Shown here: positions 45,515 to 55,413 of the stretch, one piece after another | Position numbering within the stretch: position 1 is the first letter of the stretch | Layout of the letters: each line of letters opens with the position of its first letter | Origin: a bacterium | GTDB taxonomy: Bacteria > Patescibacteriota > Patescibacteriia > Patescibacteriales > GWE2-39-37 | Length of the DNA: 64,000 nt | Direction of reading: 5' to 3' | NCBI GenBank assembly: GCA_037146995.1 | Contig: JBAWWA010000006.1 | Span: 15,031-79,030 of the forward strand | Notes under the pieces: model-generated | The model's input: only the letters and a program-made list of their open reading frames with translations | What the model was told of the DNA's origin: nothing | Databases searched by the model: none | Program-made: the position numbers and the translations under genes

Positions 45515-46726
45515 ATGAAAAAAATAATCGCCAAAGCCAAGTCGATGCAGGCTCTGCATTTTTTATCAATCCTGATCGGCTTTACCGAGGCCCTGGTAAT
45601 CTATACTGTTTCGTCTTATTTTAAGGAATTTTCAGGCCGTGAGGCTGTTGGAATTTTTTATGTTGGTGCTTATTTGATGTTTCTCTTGACGTTATTCAAT
45701 TATCATAAGCTCGTCAAGACGTTCGGCAAGACCATGATGTTTAAGTCAGTTTTGGTTTTTCAGTTGTTTGTTACTTTGATTTTGATTTTCAGTCCTTTCG
45801 CTTGGCTCAAGTTGGTGGCCATGATGCTGTATTTATTATGTGAAAATCTTTTACTGGTCAATCTGGATATTGTTATCGAGTCTTTTTCAACTGGGCATAA
45901 CTCTGGTCGCATGCGCGGTTCGCATCTCACGATTTTGAATCTGGGCTTTATTTTGGGGCCAATGCTCTCGGCTTGGCTCTTATCTTACGGTGGCTATATA
46001 TTGATTTTTGCGATCGCCCTGATTTTAAAAACTGGCCTACTGGGTATTTTGTGGTTCAAATTGGGTGATATTGCTAATAAATTCCGGGAACGAGTCACAG
46101 TCGGCCAATTAATCAAAAAAGCCTTGGCCAATCAGGACATCAGACGAATCTATTATATTTCTTTTATTCTCGAGACATTTTATGCTTTGATGATTATGTA
46201 TTCGCCAATCTATTTGCGGGCACTTGGGGTGTCTTGGGCTGATATTGGCATTATATTTACCGTGATGCTTGTGCCATTTCTGTTTTTTGAATATCCGATC
46301 GGTTGGTTAGCCGACAAGGAGCTAGGCGAAAAAGAGATGATAATTTTTTTTCTTTCCTGGATGGCGCTATCAGTTGCTTGGGTCTATAAACTAGATCAAC
46401 CAGACGTCTTCAAATGGTCACTCGCCTTGCTAGCCACGCGCATTGGTGCCTCAGCTATCCAGATTTTACGGGATTCTTATTTTTATAAAAAAATTGACAA
46501 GGATGATGTTGATTTGATAGATTTTTATCGTACGGCTATGCCAATGGCTTATATTATTAGTGCTGGCTTATCGGCCTTGATTGTGAGTTATTTTGGGGTA
46601 AGAGAGATATTTTTGCTTGCAGCCGTATTATTGATCACGGCCTTAGTGCCGGCCTGGCGCCTGCGGGACAATCTGAGTGAGCGTGAAATACTTCTTGAAC
46701 GGAATTCAAAATTAGAAATTGCTTAA
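45515..46726 (+). CDS. MFS-type transporter
   Basis: 403 aa with about 11-12 TM helices in two halves. It starts immediately after the stop of the previous gene. Confidence 0.55.
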   Translation: MKKIIAKAKSMQALHFLSILIGFTEALVIYTVSSYFKEFSGREAVGIFYVGAYLMFLLTLFNYHKLVKTFGKTMMFKSVLVFQLFVTLILIFSPFAWLKLVAMMLYLLCENLLLVNLDIVIESFSTGHNSGRMRGSHLTILNLGFILGPMLSAWLLSYGGYILIFAIALILKTGLLGILWFKLGDIANKFRERVTVGQLIKKALANQDIRRIYYISFILETFYALMIMYSPIYLRALGVSWADIGIIFTVMLVPFLFFEYPIGWLADKELGEKEMIIFFLSWMALSVAWVYKLDQPDVFKWSLALLATRIGASAIQILRDSYFYKKIDKDDVDLIDFYRTAMPMAYIISAGLSALIVSYFGVREIFLLAAVLLITALVPAWRLRDNLSEREILLERNSKLEIA

Positions 46727-47224
46727 ATGTTATTTACGATTATTGCCGATGTTCACGACAATTTAGTTAATCTAGAAAAATGTCTTAACTGGTCAATTGA
46801 CCACAAGGTAGAGGCGATTATTTGTTGTGGAGATTTAGCCAATGCTGAGACCTTGGAATTTTTGGCCGCTAATTTTAAGGGTAAAATTTATCTAATAATG
46901 GGTAATTGCGATAATTATGACGAGCTGGCGGTGCTGAATTACAAAAATATAAAATATTTTGATCGCAAGGGGGGTAAATTTGAGATTGATGGCAAGTTAG
47001 TTGGATTTTGTCATGAACCATATCACATCAAACACTTATTTCATTTAGCCAAATTCAATCTGATATTTTATGGCCATACTCACAAACCTTGGGAGACGTC
47101 TGAAAATGGGGTTAGGTTAATAAACCCGGGGACGCTCGGCGGGGTTTTTCAAAAATCAACCTTTGCCACTTGGGACTCAAAGGAGGATGTTTTGTCACTT
47201 AGGGTAATGGAAGAGCTGAAATGA
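46727..47224 (+). CDS. YfcE/MJ0936-family metallophosphoesterase
   Basis: Motifs IIADVHDN, CCGDL, GNCD, GHTH. 165 aa. Confidence 0.8.
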   Translation: MLFTIIADVHDNLVNLEKCLNWSIDHKVEAIICCGDLANAETLEFLAANFKGKIYLIMGNCDNYDELAVLNYKNIKYFDRKGGKFEIDGKLVGFCHEPYHIKHLFHLAKFNLIFYGHTHKPWETSENGVRLINPGTLGGVFQKSTFATWDSKEDVLSLRVMEELK

Positions 47225-47250
47225 TGAAATTTTAAACTGCAAAATTTATA

Positions 47251-47290
47251 AAAAACCTGATTTTGTGATTAGGTTTTTTATTTTTTTATT
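47251..47290 (+). terminator. rho-independent terminator
   Basis: AAAAACCTGAT ... ATTAGGTTTTT hairpin followed by a long T-run. Confidence 0.65.
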
Positions 47291-47301
47291 TGGTTGATTT
47301 A

Positions 47302-47329
47302 TGGTATAATAATACGAAGATGTTTATAA
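47302..47329 (+). promoter_or_regulatory. candidate promoter of the giant surface-protein gene plus a downstream TGTTTATAA motif
   Basis: Extended -10 TGgTATAAT (47302-47310), 10 nt, then TGTTTATAAC (47321-47330). Confidence 0.4.
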
Positions 47330-47398
47330 CTTTTGGTTATCAAATATTATTTATTCGTTATAATATATTAGCTAATATTAAATAAAACACTTGTACCC

Positions 47399-50300
47399 AT
47401 GTCTCAAGTGCTAAAAAATGTTTTATCGCGATGTTTGACGCTCTATCATGAGCGGCAATATTTTTTATTTAAGTTTCTAAGGCGACTAGCTTTTTTGCGT
47501 CGCAAGCATCTTTGGCATGGCGCGATTATTGTCTTTATTTTTATCAATTTAATTACTGGTTTTAGTCCATTCGACCTGGCAGGTCAAATGGTTAAAGCCT
47601 TTGGTGGTCACGAGGTAAAAAGTATTAATTTTTATCCAAGCAAGTGTGTTGTTGATAGTGCTGATGCGCAAAACGGTTGGCAAACAGCAGAATTGGCTAG
47701 CGGAGAGCCAAGTATCGAGCTAACTAAGCCTGATAATTTGTATAATCGGCAAAACTCTGCTTATTTCAATCAGGGTACGAGTACTATTTTGTGTTCAAAT
47801 TTCAGCTTAGCTGAGTCAAAAGATAATAAAACCGAGGATTTGGAGATTGTTGCCACTACTAGCGAAATCACAGCCACTGCGACGCCTATATCCGAGGCTA
47901 GTCCTGAGTATGTTGCTACTGGGACTTTGGTTAGTCTTGATGGTGAGACTAAAGACGAGGTAAAAAAAGGTGATATCTCCACTAACGCGTCAGTTACTCC
48001 AAAGATGCCAGAAATTATTATTGAAGAGGTGGATGCTTCATCGAGTGAGGTAGTAATTATTGATCCAGTTAAAGCAACGGATACTGAGGTTGAGATTGTA
48101 CCGACAGATAAGGGTGGCAACAATACTGAGACGTCAGTTATCGTGAGTTTTTTAAATTCAATCAAGTCATCAATTAATTTTGCAAAATTGGTGATTGGTG
48201 ATTTTGTGACCCGAGTGCAAGAGTCGGCCACAGCAGAGAAGCAAGAGGTAAATCCTGCTCGCTATGAGGATATCGGTTTTTTGAAATCTGCTAAGATCAA
48301 TTTGTCGATGGCTGAGGTCAACCGAGTGATACCGAAAATACTTGTTGATAGCAAGCCGGCAACAACATCATTAAACGTGGCTTCAACCTCCGATGAGTCT
48401 CCTGAGGCGATTAAAGCGATTGCCTCGACAACGCCTCAAGAAAAAATTGATACTAGCGGTGCGGCTTCGACAACAGAAGATAATGCGGTGATAGTTGATT
48501 TGTATGGCAATAATGTCGAGCAGACGAAAGAAAATGAAAAGGTGGGTGATTTGAGTGTCTGGTATTCGGTTAATAATAGTGAAGAGGTTAATAATGAGGG
48601 GCGGATTTGGTGGAAGCTTGGTGAGTTGCCAATTGATGGTATTTTGAGTTGTCAAAAATTTAAAAATAGTGAGGCGAATAGCCGTTGTTTGGCCGAGGTT
48701 CTTCAGGGGCAATTGAGTGCTGGTTTTTTCAGTTTTGAGGCACCAGTCATCAAGCGTTGGCAGGATATTACCAATCTTCAAATTAAAATCGAATCAGCGG
48801 CGAGTGCTGATAAATATGAAATCTATCTTGATAGTTCTTGGGTTAGTGTCAATTATACCAAGGAAGATGACGATTCTGAGGATGGTGGTTACGCTGTCAC
48901 TGACAAACTGGTCGTTGGAGATCAGACAATAGATTTGTCCTACACTGATGAAAATGCCGACGAGAATTTGCTCATCAAAACCAATAGCAAAGACTACGTA
49001 GATATTACGAACGCCACCGTTTATTTTAGTGTTGCCAATCAAGCAAGTGAACCAGAGAATGTTAATGTGCAAGTACATTTTCCGGCTGACATGGGCTCAG
49101 TCTACAAACTCGAGCGACTGCGGCATGGACGCTGGGCGCCAGTAGAGATTAAAGATCAGCCGATAAGTGAACCTAATATCGTGCAAAAAGTTTTTGGTAG
49201 AGGGAAATACAAGCGCAAAAACATCAAAGAAAATATGCGTGCCAAGAATAGTACGAATGATGGCGGTATTTTGATAAACCCTGGTAGGGCTCAGTATTAT
49301 CGGATGGTTATTCAGTATCCGGCCATGAGTAAGGGTGAGTTTTTTATCGAGGCTGAAGGTGACAAGAGCGGCTATGGCTTGCTTGATCCGTGGTGGGATG
49401 GTTATTGGCATTACAAAATGCCAATCACGATTAATAATGCTTCGAGTACTAGCGCTTTGACTGATTATCAGGTCTTGATCAATATTTCTTCGACCACACC
49501 AAATTTTTGGAGTGGCGTGACCGCCAGTGGTAGCGATATTCGCTTTTTAGACTCGACTGAGACAACGCAACTAACTTATTGGACTCAGTATTTTACCAAG
49601 GTTGGCTCCAGCACTTCTATCTGGGTTAAAGTGCCGTCAGTACCTGCTAATTCAAGTACGACGATTTATCTATATTATGGCAATCCAGTGGCCGCTTATA
49701 CGAGCGATATGTACTCGACGTTTAGTTATAGTGTTTTGACGCCGGCCTTTTATATGGTCAACAATGAGACCGCGACTGCGACCTTGCGCGTTACGAGTTT
49801 AATTGATAATAATCAGATTCAGTTAGACAATCAAACTGCTGTTAATTTGAATAGGCAACAAACGGCCACACTGACCAGTGCTTATGCAACTTCGGTTTTG
49901 AAAGTGCTTGGCCCAGTTATGCCAAAAATCGTCAATCGCGCGGCAGCTGAAAGTATGGTGCCAATTAGTTTTAATTCGACCGAATTTGCTGTGCCACAAA
50001 TACTCGGGGCCACGGAAAATTTTTATACCTATTCGCCCTTTGGTCGGGCTACGACTTCATATTTCAATGGTAATGTAGTTAATAATACTAAGGTTATGGC
50101 CACGTCAACGGCTACAACCTCATCTTTTGCAGTAGCCACCGCTGGTATGGTAACTTCGACTATTCCTATCTTGCTTTCATTTACCGATGCTCAACCGACC
50201 AGTCTTATTCCATATCCCACGACCAATCAAGATCTTTATGGTATTAAATCTAGTACTGTTTATATAGGCGCTAGTGCGACCAGTTCAGTTAATGCTTTTT

Positions 50301-53300
50301 GTTCAGTTGGAACGGGCGGCGTCAATACGGTTAATCGCGGAACAGTCTTAACCAGTGCTAGATGTACAGGATCGGCAGCTGGTGCTGGTTCGGCGATGCG
50401 GTTAACCCAGATTACGGGTAAAATTGCAGCGGTGCAGTACAATGATGGTGATGGTCTTGAGACAACCAGCTTTTTGCCAGCTTCAGAGTTAGCCACTGAG
50501 TATATGGTGCCGACTCAGTCTCAATACATTGCTATTGCTTGTCCAGCCAATAATGGCACGGTCAATATTGCTCGTTACAGCGAGGCTAATGTCTTTGTCT
50601 CTTCGACAACTTGCGCTTCTACTGCTACTAATCCTGGCAAGGCTTTGTTCACCGCTACAACCTCGGCCGGTTCACGTGTTGTCTCGACTGATGTGCCGCC
50701 TAAGCCATTTTATGCCTACTATGAAGATCTTGATGCCACTGGTACGGCTGGCGGTGATGAATCTAATCTCTGGGGAGCGGTGCAAGCCAGAAAGGATAAT
50801 TACCCTGAGCCGGTCATTACTTTTGGGGCTCAGCAACGCTACGTCATAAATGTCTCTGGTAACATCTATAAGCGTGATCGTTCGACGCCGCTGTTGTCGG
50901 CGCCGGTGATTAATTTGGTCTACGGTCGAAGCCTGATCGCAACGACAGCCGCCTCAATTGTTAATGGTAGTTATGTGTTTGGTGGAGTTGTGGCGCCAGA
51001 CATGAGTACAACTACCCTTGTCTATATCGCGAGCACTACGGTCTCTGGTGTGGCCTATAATCGCTATAGCGGATCTGGTGACATAACTGGCTTTGACGTC
51101 TATCAAAATGGTGTGATTATTCGTCATGACGATAGTGGACCCATGACTAATACCAATATTGATAGTTATGACTTCAATCAGGATGCACAAATAAAAATGA
51201 CCGTTACGAGTCCGAATGCCGTTGTCGCGGCTGGTAATTTTTTATACATTTGGCCTAATGACACTTATTTGCCGGGTGGTACTTTGACGACCACCAAGGG
51301 CACTTCTTCAAACCAGGCGGCTGACATCATTATTGGTGCTAGTTCAACGCTGAACATGGCGGCTTTGGCAATCACAGCGGCCGGCGGCTGGTATAATAGT
51401 GGTAGATTGATAACTTCTGGCGTGCAAACGACGACCTTCACGGCAACCTCAACTGGTTATAATATTATTAACAATGGTACGAGCACTTTTTATAATCTGA
51501 CCATTAATGGCACGGCCGGTGGCTGGACTACTGGTGGTTTGATCGATGTGACAAATGCGTTTACTTTGACGGCTGGGGCACTAACCTTGGGTTCTCCTTC
51601 AAATTTGATTGTTGATGGCGCTTCTGTTGTAACCGGTACAATCGGTGGTGTCGGTGATGCGAATTTTTATGGTAATCTGACTGGCGACGGCGCTATTACT
51701 ATGGCAAGTGGAACTTTTATGATGGCCAGTACCTCAAATTTGGCTGGTATTACGGCGAGGAGCTTTTATAATTTGACTTTTGGTGATGGCAGATTAACAC
51801 CAGCCACGACGACTAGGTCGGTTTCAACTGGCGGTATTACCGTGAATCATGTTTTGTCGATTGCGCCTAATCAATATTTTGTGGCTGGTTCGGCCAACTA
51901 TACTTTAAATGGCACGGGCACGCCATTTAATCTCCAGGGAACGTTAGTCCCGCAAACATCCTTGTTTCGTTATGCCGGCACCTCTTCGCCAGTGACAATT
52001 ACAACGACCCGTTATAATAATTTGCAATTAGCTCCTGGCACTGCTGGTGGTCAATTATATACGATTAACACTGGAGCCCTTTATATGAATGGCTATTTAA
52101 CCATTGGCGATGGTGTTAATGCTGCCACTGTTAATGCCTCAACGACTAATCCAATAATCGATATGGTTGGCAATTTTACTATCAGTCCTAATGCGACTTT
52201 TTTTGCTCCGACCTCGAGTTTATTTGCCATTATGGGTAGTTGGGCCAATTCAGGTACTGGTCGTTTTGTCCATGCGAGCGGTACAGTGACTTTTGACGCC
52301 TCAACTACGGGCAAGACTATTGCTGTGGGTACAGCCTCACCATTTAATAATGTTTATTTTAATGGTGTTGGTGGCGGTTGGACCATAAATGCTAATGCTA
52401 CCACTACTGGTGATTTTACCCTGGCAACTGGTACGTCATTTTTACTTAGTCCAACAGTGACGCTTGAAGTGCGGGGGAATTTTTGGAATAACCTTAAAAA
52501 TGCCTCAACTACCTGGACAGGTTCTACTTTGTATTTGAACGACACGGGTAGCTCGACTATTAATTCAAAGCTGATCGGCGGGGACAATTACGCCACTTTG
52601 CGTCTAGGTGCCAGTGCTAATATTAGAATGTGGGATTCAACCTCGACTATTTATACGGTACCAACTAATGCCTCATTATATTCAATGGACGCCAGTACGA
52701 CCCTGGGTTCTCTTTGGATTTGGGGTGATTATTATATTTCGACTGGTACGACCGAGTATTGGCAAAACAAGGTGGACTTTGATGGGGCTGATATCTCGGC
52801 CGCACCACGCCAGGTTAACGTTCGTCTAGCGGCCAATGCGACCACCACAATTAATGGCGGTAGTTTAAATATTATTGGTTCATCAACCGCCACGACCACG
52901 ATCGCTTCACAAAATACCAATGGCTTTCATACTTTTAATATGACCGCCGGAAATTTGAATGCCAATTATTATCAATTCAGAAATTTGACCACTAACGGTC
53001 TGAATTTTTCTGGTAGTCCTTTAGTTAATTCATTGAATAATGGTGATTATCAGATGTCTATAGCGCTCGGTAGCATGATTCGTTTAACACCGAGTGTCCT
53101 AGATACTAATCCCGGGTTGATTATTAATAATTGCAGTTTTGCAACCTCATCGTCGGTGAGCACCGGTTATAATGTTTATTTGTCAGCCAGTACTAGCAAT
53201 GAATGGCATTTTAATGGCCTGCTAGGCAATAGGTCTGGTGAGTCATTTGATTTTGACCCATCTGATCCGCGCGGTAATATCGTTTGGGATGATAGTCCGA

Positions 53301-54346
53301 GTTATACCCCAAAATCACAGGATTGGCGGTGGTATTATGATGAATCGCTGGAAACTCCAGTTAAGCCGGCGGCAGGTGTTAATATTGCCCCGTCCAATGT
53401 CATAGCTAGTAGCACTTTGAAGTTACGTATGGATATTAAAGAAACTGTCGGTTTGGGCGCAGGTAGCGTTAAAATGCGTCTTCAGTACTCAACTTCGCCG
53501 ACTTTTGCCACAAATGTGAATTTTGTCGGTGAAATTGGCTCAACTACGGCTCTTTGGACTTATGATAATGGTATTGATATTGACGGGGCAATGCTTTCGA
53601 CCACCACTTTAGCCAGCTCGACCTTGGCTGGTACTCATAATGAATCAGGTACGACCACCTCAAGCTTTACGCAAACAGCTTTTTCGGTAGCCGAGTTTGA
53701 ATTCACTCTCAGGAGTAATGGGGCAGCCACTGGAACGATCTATTATTTTAGGGCTTACACCCAAAGTGCCAGTGGCAGCGTCGTTTCGAACAATACCGGT
53801 TATGTTTATCCAAGTATTGTGCCCGGCGATAGTGCTATTGCCTCAGTTATAAATGGGTTAAGTTCCGGCACAACAACCTGCGGTGTTTTGACTAATGTAA
53901 GCTCGGCGGCCAACACGATTGGCTTCGGTTCGATAAATTTTGCTACACAGTATTATGCGGCACATCGCCTGGCAATTAATACTAATGCTGAAGGTGGTTA
54001 TCAGATATTCGTTTTGCAAAATCAAGACTTGACCAAAAACGGTAGCTCAACTATTGCTGGCATTCCTGCTACCAATGACGCCCCAGCCGCTTGGAGCATT
54101 GGCACAAACGTTGGTGGTTTTGGTTATCATACTTCCGATCCTACATTATCCGGCGTCTCACCTTCACGCTTTGCCGCCGACAATACCTACGCAAGACTTG
54201 AAAAAACGATGCAGGAGATAGGCTACAATCCATTGCCTTCACTTAATGATAGTCTAGATATTATTTATCGCATGGAGGTAACTAATCAACAGCCAGCAGG
54301 TGATTATGTCTCCTCGGTTGAATATATTGTTGTGCCAACCTATTAG
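47399..54346 (+). CDS. giant surface protein (2315 aa): N-terminal signal anchor, DUF2341-like lectin-fold domain, long T/S/G/N-rich beta-repeat region, C-terminal WxL-like domain
   Basis: TM helix HGAIIVFIFINLITGF. At about nt 49390-49690, WWDGYWHYKMPITINN...DIRFLDS...TYWTQYF...IWVKVPSVPANSSTTIYLYYGNP matches my memory of DUF2341. The last about 170 aa are homologous to the C-termini of ORFs 55414 and 56924 (ends QQPAGDYVSSVEYIVVPTY). Confidence 0.75.
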   Translation: MSQVLKNVLSRCLTLYHERQYFLFKFLRRLAFLRRKHLWHGAIIVFIFINLITGFSPFDLAGQMVKAFGGHEVKSINFYPSKCVVDSADAQNGWQTAELASGEPSIELTKPDNLYNRQNSAYFNQGTSTILCSNFSLAESKDNKTEDLEIVATTSEITATATPISEASPEYVATGTLVSLDGETKDEVKKGDISTNASVTPKMPEIIIEEVDASSSEVVIIDPVKATDTEVEIVPTDKGGNNTETSVIVSFLNSIKSSINFAKLVIGDFVTRVQESATAEKQEVNPARYEDIGFLKSAKINLSMAEVNRVIPKILVDSKPATTSLNVASTSDESPEAIKAIASTTPQEKIDTSGAASTTEDNAVIVDLYGNNVEQTKENEKVGDLSVWYSVNNSEEVNNEGRIWWKLGELPIDGILSCQKFKNSEANSRCLAEVLQGQLSAGFFSFEAPVIKRWQDITNLQIKIESAASADKYEIYLDSSWVSVNYTKEDDDSEDGGYAVTDKLVVGDQTIDLSYTDENADENLLIKTNSKDYVDITNATVYFSVANQASEPENVNVQVHFPADMGSVYKLERLRHGRWAPVEIKDQPISEPNIVQKVFGRGKYKRKNIKENMRAKNSTNDGGILINPGRAQYYRMVIQYPAMSKGEFFIEAEGDKSGYGLLDPWWDGYWHYKMPITINNASSTSALTDYQVLINISSTTPNFWSGVTASGSDIRFLDSTETTQLTYWTQYFTKVGSSTSIWVKVPSVPANSSTTIYLYYGNPVAAYTSDMYSTFSYSVLTPAFYMVNNETATATLRVTSLIDNNQIQLDNQTAVNLNRQQTATLTSAYATSVLKVLGPVMPKIVNRAAAESMVPISFNSTEFAVPQILGATENFYTYSPFGRATTSYFNGNVVNNTKVMATSTATTSSFAVATAGMVTSTIPILLSFTDAQPTSLIPYPTTNQDLYGIKSSTVYIGASATSSVNAFCSVGTGGVNTVNRGTVLTSARCTGSAAGAGSAMRLTQITGKIAAVQYNDGDGLETTSFLPASELATEYMVPTQSQYIAIACPANNGTVNIARYSEANVFVSSTTCASTATNPGKALFTATTSAGSRVVSTDVPPKPFYAYYEDLDATGTAGGDESNLWGAVQARKDNYPEPVITFGAQQRYVINVSGNIYKRDRSTPLLSAPVINLVYGRSLIATTAASIVNGSYVFGGVVAPDMSTTTLVYIASTTVSGVAYNRYSGSGDITGFDVYQNGVIIRHDDSGPMTNTNIDSYDFNQDAQIKMTVTSPNAVVAAGNFLYIWPNDTYLPGGTLTTTKGTSSNQAADIIIGASSTLNMAALAITAAGGWYNSGRLITSGVQTTTFTATSTGYNIINNGTSTFYNLTINGTAGGWTTGGLIDVTNAFTLTAGALTLGSPSNLIVDGASVVTGTIGGVGDANFYGNLTGDGAITMASGTFMMASTSNLAGITARSFYNLTFGDGRLTPATTTRSVSTGGITVNHVLSIAPNQYFVAGSANYTLNGTGTPFNLQGTLVPQTSLFRYAGTSSPVTITTTRYNNLQLAPGTAGGQLYTINTGALYMNGYLTIGDGVNAATVNASTTNPIIDMVGNFTISPNATFFAPTSSLFAIMGSWANSGTGRFVHASGTVTFDASTTGKTIAVGTASPFNNVYFNGVGGGWTINANATTTGDFTLATGTSFLLSPTVTLEVRGNFWNNLKNASTTWTGSTLYLNDTGSSTINSKLIGGDNYATLRLGASANIRMWDSTSTIYTVPTNASLYSMDASTTLGSLWIWGDYYISTGTTEYWQNKVDFDGADISAAPRQVNVRLAANATTTINGGSLNIIGSSTATTTIASQNTNGFHTFNMTAGNLNANYYQFRNLTTNGLNFSGSPLVNSLNNGDYQMSIALGSMIRLTPSVLDTNPGLIINNCSFATSSSVSTGYNVYLSASTSNEWHFNGLLGNRSGESFDFDPSDPRGNIVWDDSPSYTPKSQDWRWYYDESLETPVKPAAGVNIAPSNVIASSTLKLRMDIKETVGLGAGSVKMRLQYSTSPTFATNVNFVGEIGSTTALWTYDNGIDIDGAMLSTTTLASSTLAGTHNESGTTTSSFTQTAFSVAEFEFTLRSNGAATGTIYYFRAYTQSASGSVVSNNTGYVYPSIVPGDSAIASVINGLSSGTTTCGVLTNVSSAANTIGFGSINFATQYYAAHRLAINTNAEGGYQIFVLQNQDLTKNGSSTIAGIPATNDAPAAWSIGTNVGGFGYHTSDPTLSGVSPSRFAADNTYARLEKTMQEIGYNPLPSLNDSLDIIYRMEVTNQQPAGDYVSSVEYIVVPTY

Positions 54347-54385
54347 TACTAAAAGGAGATTTTAAAATTATTGCAAATTTAATCT

Positions 54386-55090
54386 ATGAAATTTAAACAT
54401 TTCCTTTTTTTGCTTATTCTGGTCTTTACATTGTCTGGTTGCACTATTTGGTCAGATGAAAAGGCGGGTAGCAATACCGTGCCTGTATTATTAGCGCAAG
54501 AATGTGGACTGGATGGACTCAAGTGCTGTGCAACTAGTCCGAGCTGTAATTATGGTCAAGCGTGTTGTGTCAATCCGAATAATACCAATGAAAATATGTG
54601 TGCCGATAAATGCGACTTTGGTAAGCTTGAGCAGTTTTGTAGGTCAGATAGTCAATGTGATCAAGGACTCAAATGCATTAACGGCACCTGCAATCTTTGT
54701 GGCACAGAGGGTGAGACCTGTTGTCATGGCGACAATGACCAGGAAAGATGTTTCGGGCGAATTAAGGAGGGTAATTTAGTTTGCGTGGATGATAAATGCC
54801 TTAAATGTGGTCAAGCAGGTAATCCGTGTTGTGCGGAAAATAAATGCTTTAATCAAAATCAGTTACTGGGCGGTCATGTTGAGTGTCGGCAGGGTGCTTG
54901 CGTTGCTTGTGGTCTTGATGGTCAGGCAACTTGTAATAATGATAAGAAATGTGGTGAAAATTATTTAATCAATGATGGTTCATGTCTGAGCTGCGGTCAA
55001 TATAACAAGCCGTGCTGTAAAAATGAGCAGGGTCTAGAATTTTGTGATTCTAAATTAAAATTAAAATGTCAGCTAGGATTTTGCAATTGA
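54386..55090 (+). CDS. cysteine-rich repeat lipoprotein (35 Cys in 234 aa)
   Basis: Lipobox TLSGC. Five copies of a C-G-x-x-G-x-x-C-C-type module (ECGLDGLKCC, LCGTEGETCC, KCGQAGNPCC, ACGLDGQATC, SCGQYNKPCC). Confidence 0.65.
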   Translation: MKFKHFLFLLILVFTLSGCTIWSDEKAGSNTVPVLLAQECGLDGLKCCATSPSCNYGQACCVNPNNTNENMCADKCDFGKLEQFCRSDSQCDQGLKCINGTCNLCGTEGETCCHGDNDQERCFGRIKEGNLVCVDDKCLKCGQAGNPCCAENKCFNQNQLLGGHVECRQGACVACGLDGQATCNNDKKCGENYLINDGSCLSCGQYNKPCCKNEQGLEFCDSKLKLKCQLGFCN

Positions 55091-55111
55091 GGTAGAAGTA
55101 TACGTGAAAAT

Positions 55112-55147
55112 TATAATATTGTTAACCTGTGGATAAAATTGACAGAA
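55112..55147 (+). promoter_or_regulatory. candidate promoter or operator upstream of small WxL-like gene 1
   Basis: TATAAT (55112-55117), 10 nt, then TGTGGATAAAATTGACAGAA (55128-55147). TGTGGATAA is the reverse complement of the DnaA-box consensus TTATCCACA. Confidence 0.4.
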
Positions 55148-55413
55148 TTAAAATAAATAGATTTAATAATATTTTCTTTGTTCGTTTTTTTAAAAAAAAT
55201 GGCTAGTATTAATAAAAAAAAATAATTAAATTATCACCACACAATTCTTCTAATTAAACAAAATTGTGTTATAATTAATTTAAAGTTTCATATTCTGTCA
55301 CATTAATGTGGTAAAAGTCGAAGAAAAATGAGCTTTTTCATTACAAAAATTAACAATAAAAACAAGTAAAACAATTTTAAAAACAATTTAATAACATAAT
55401 CTTAAGTACTCCC

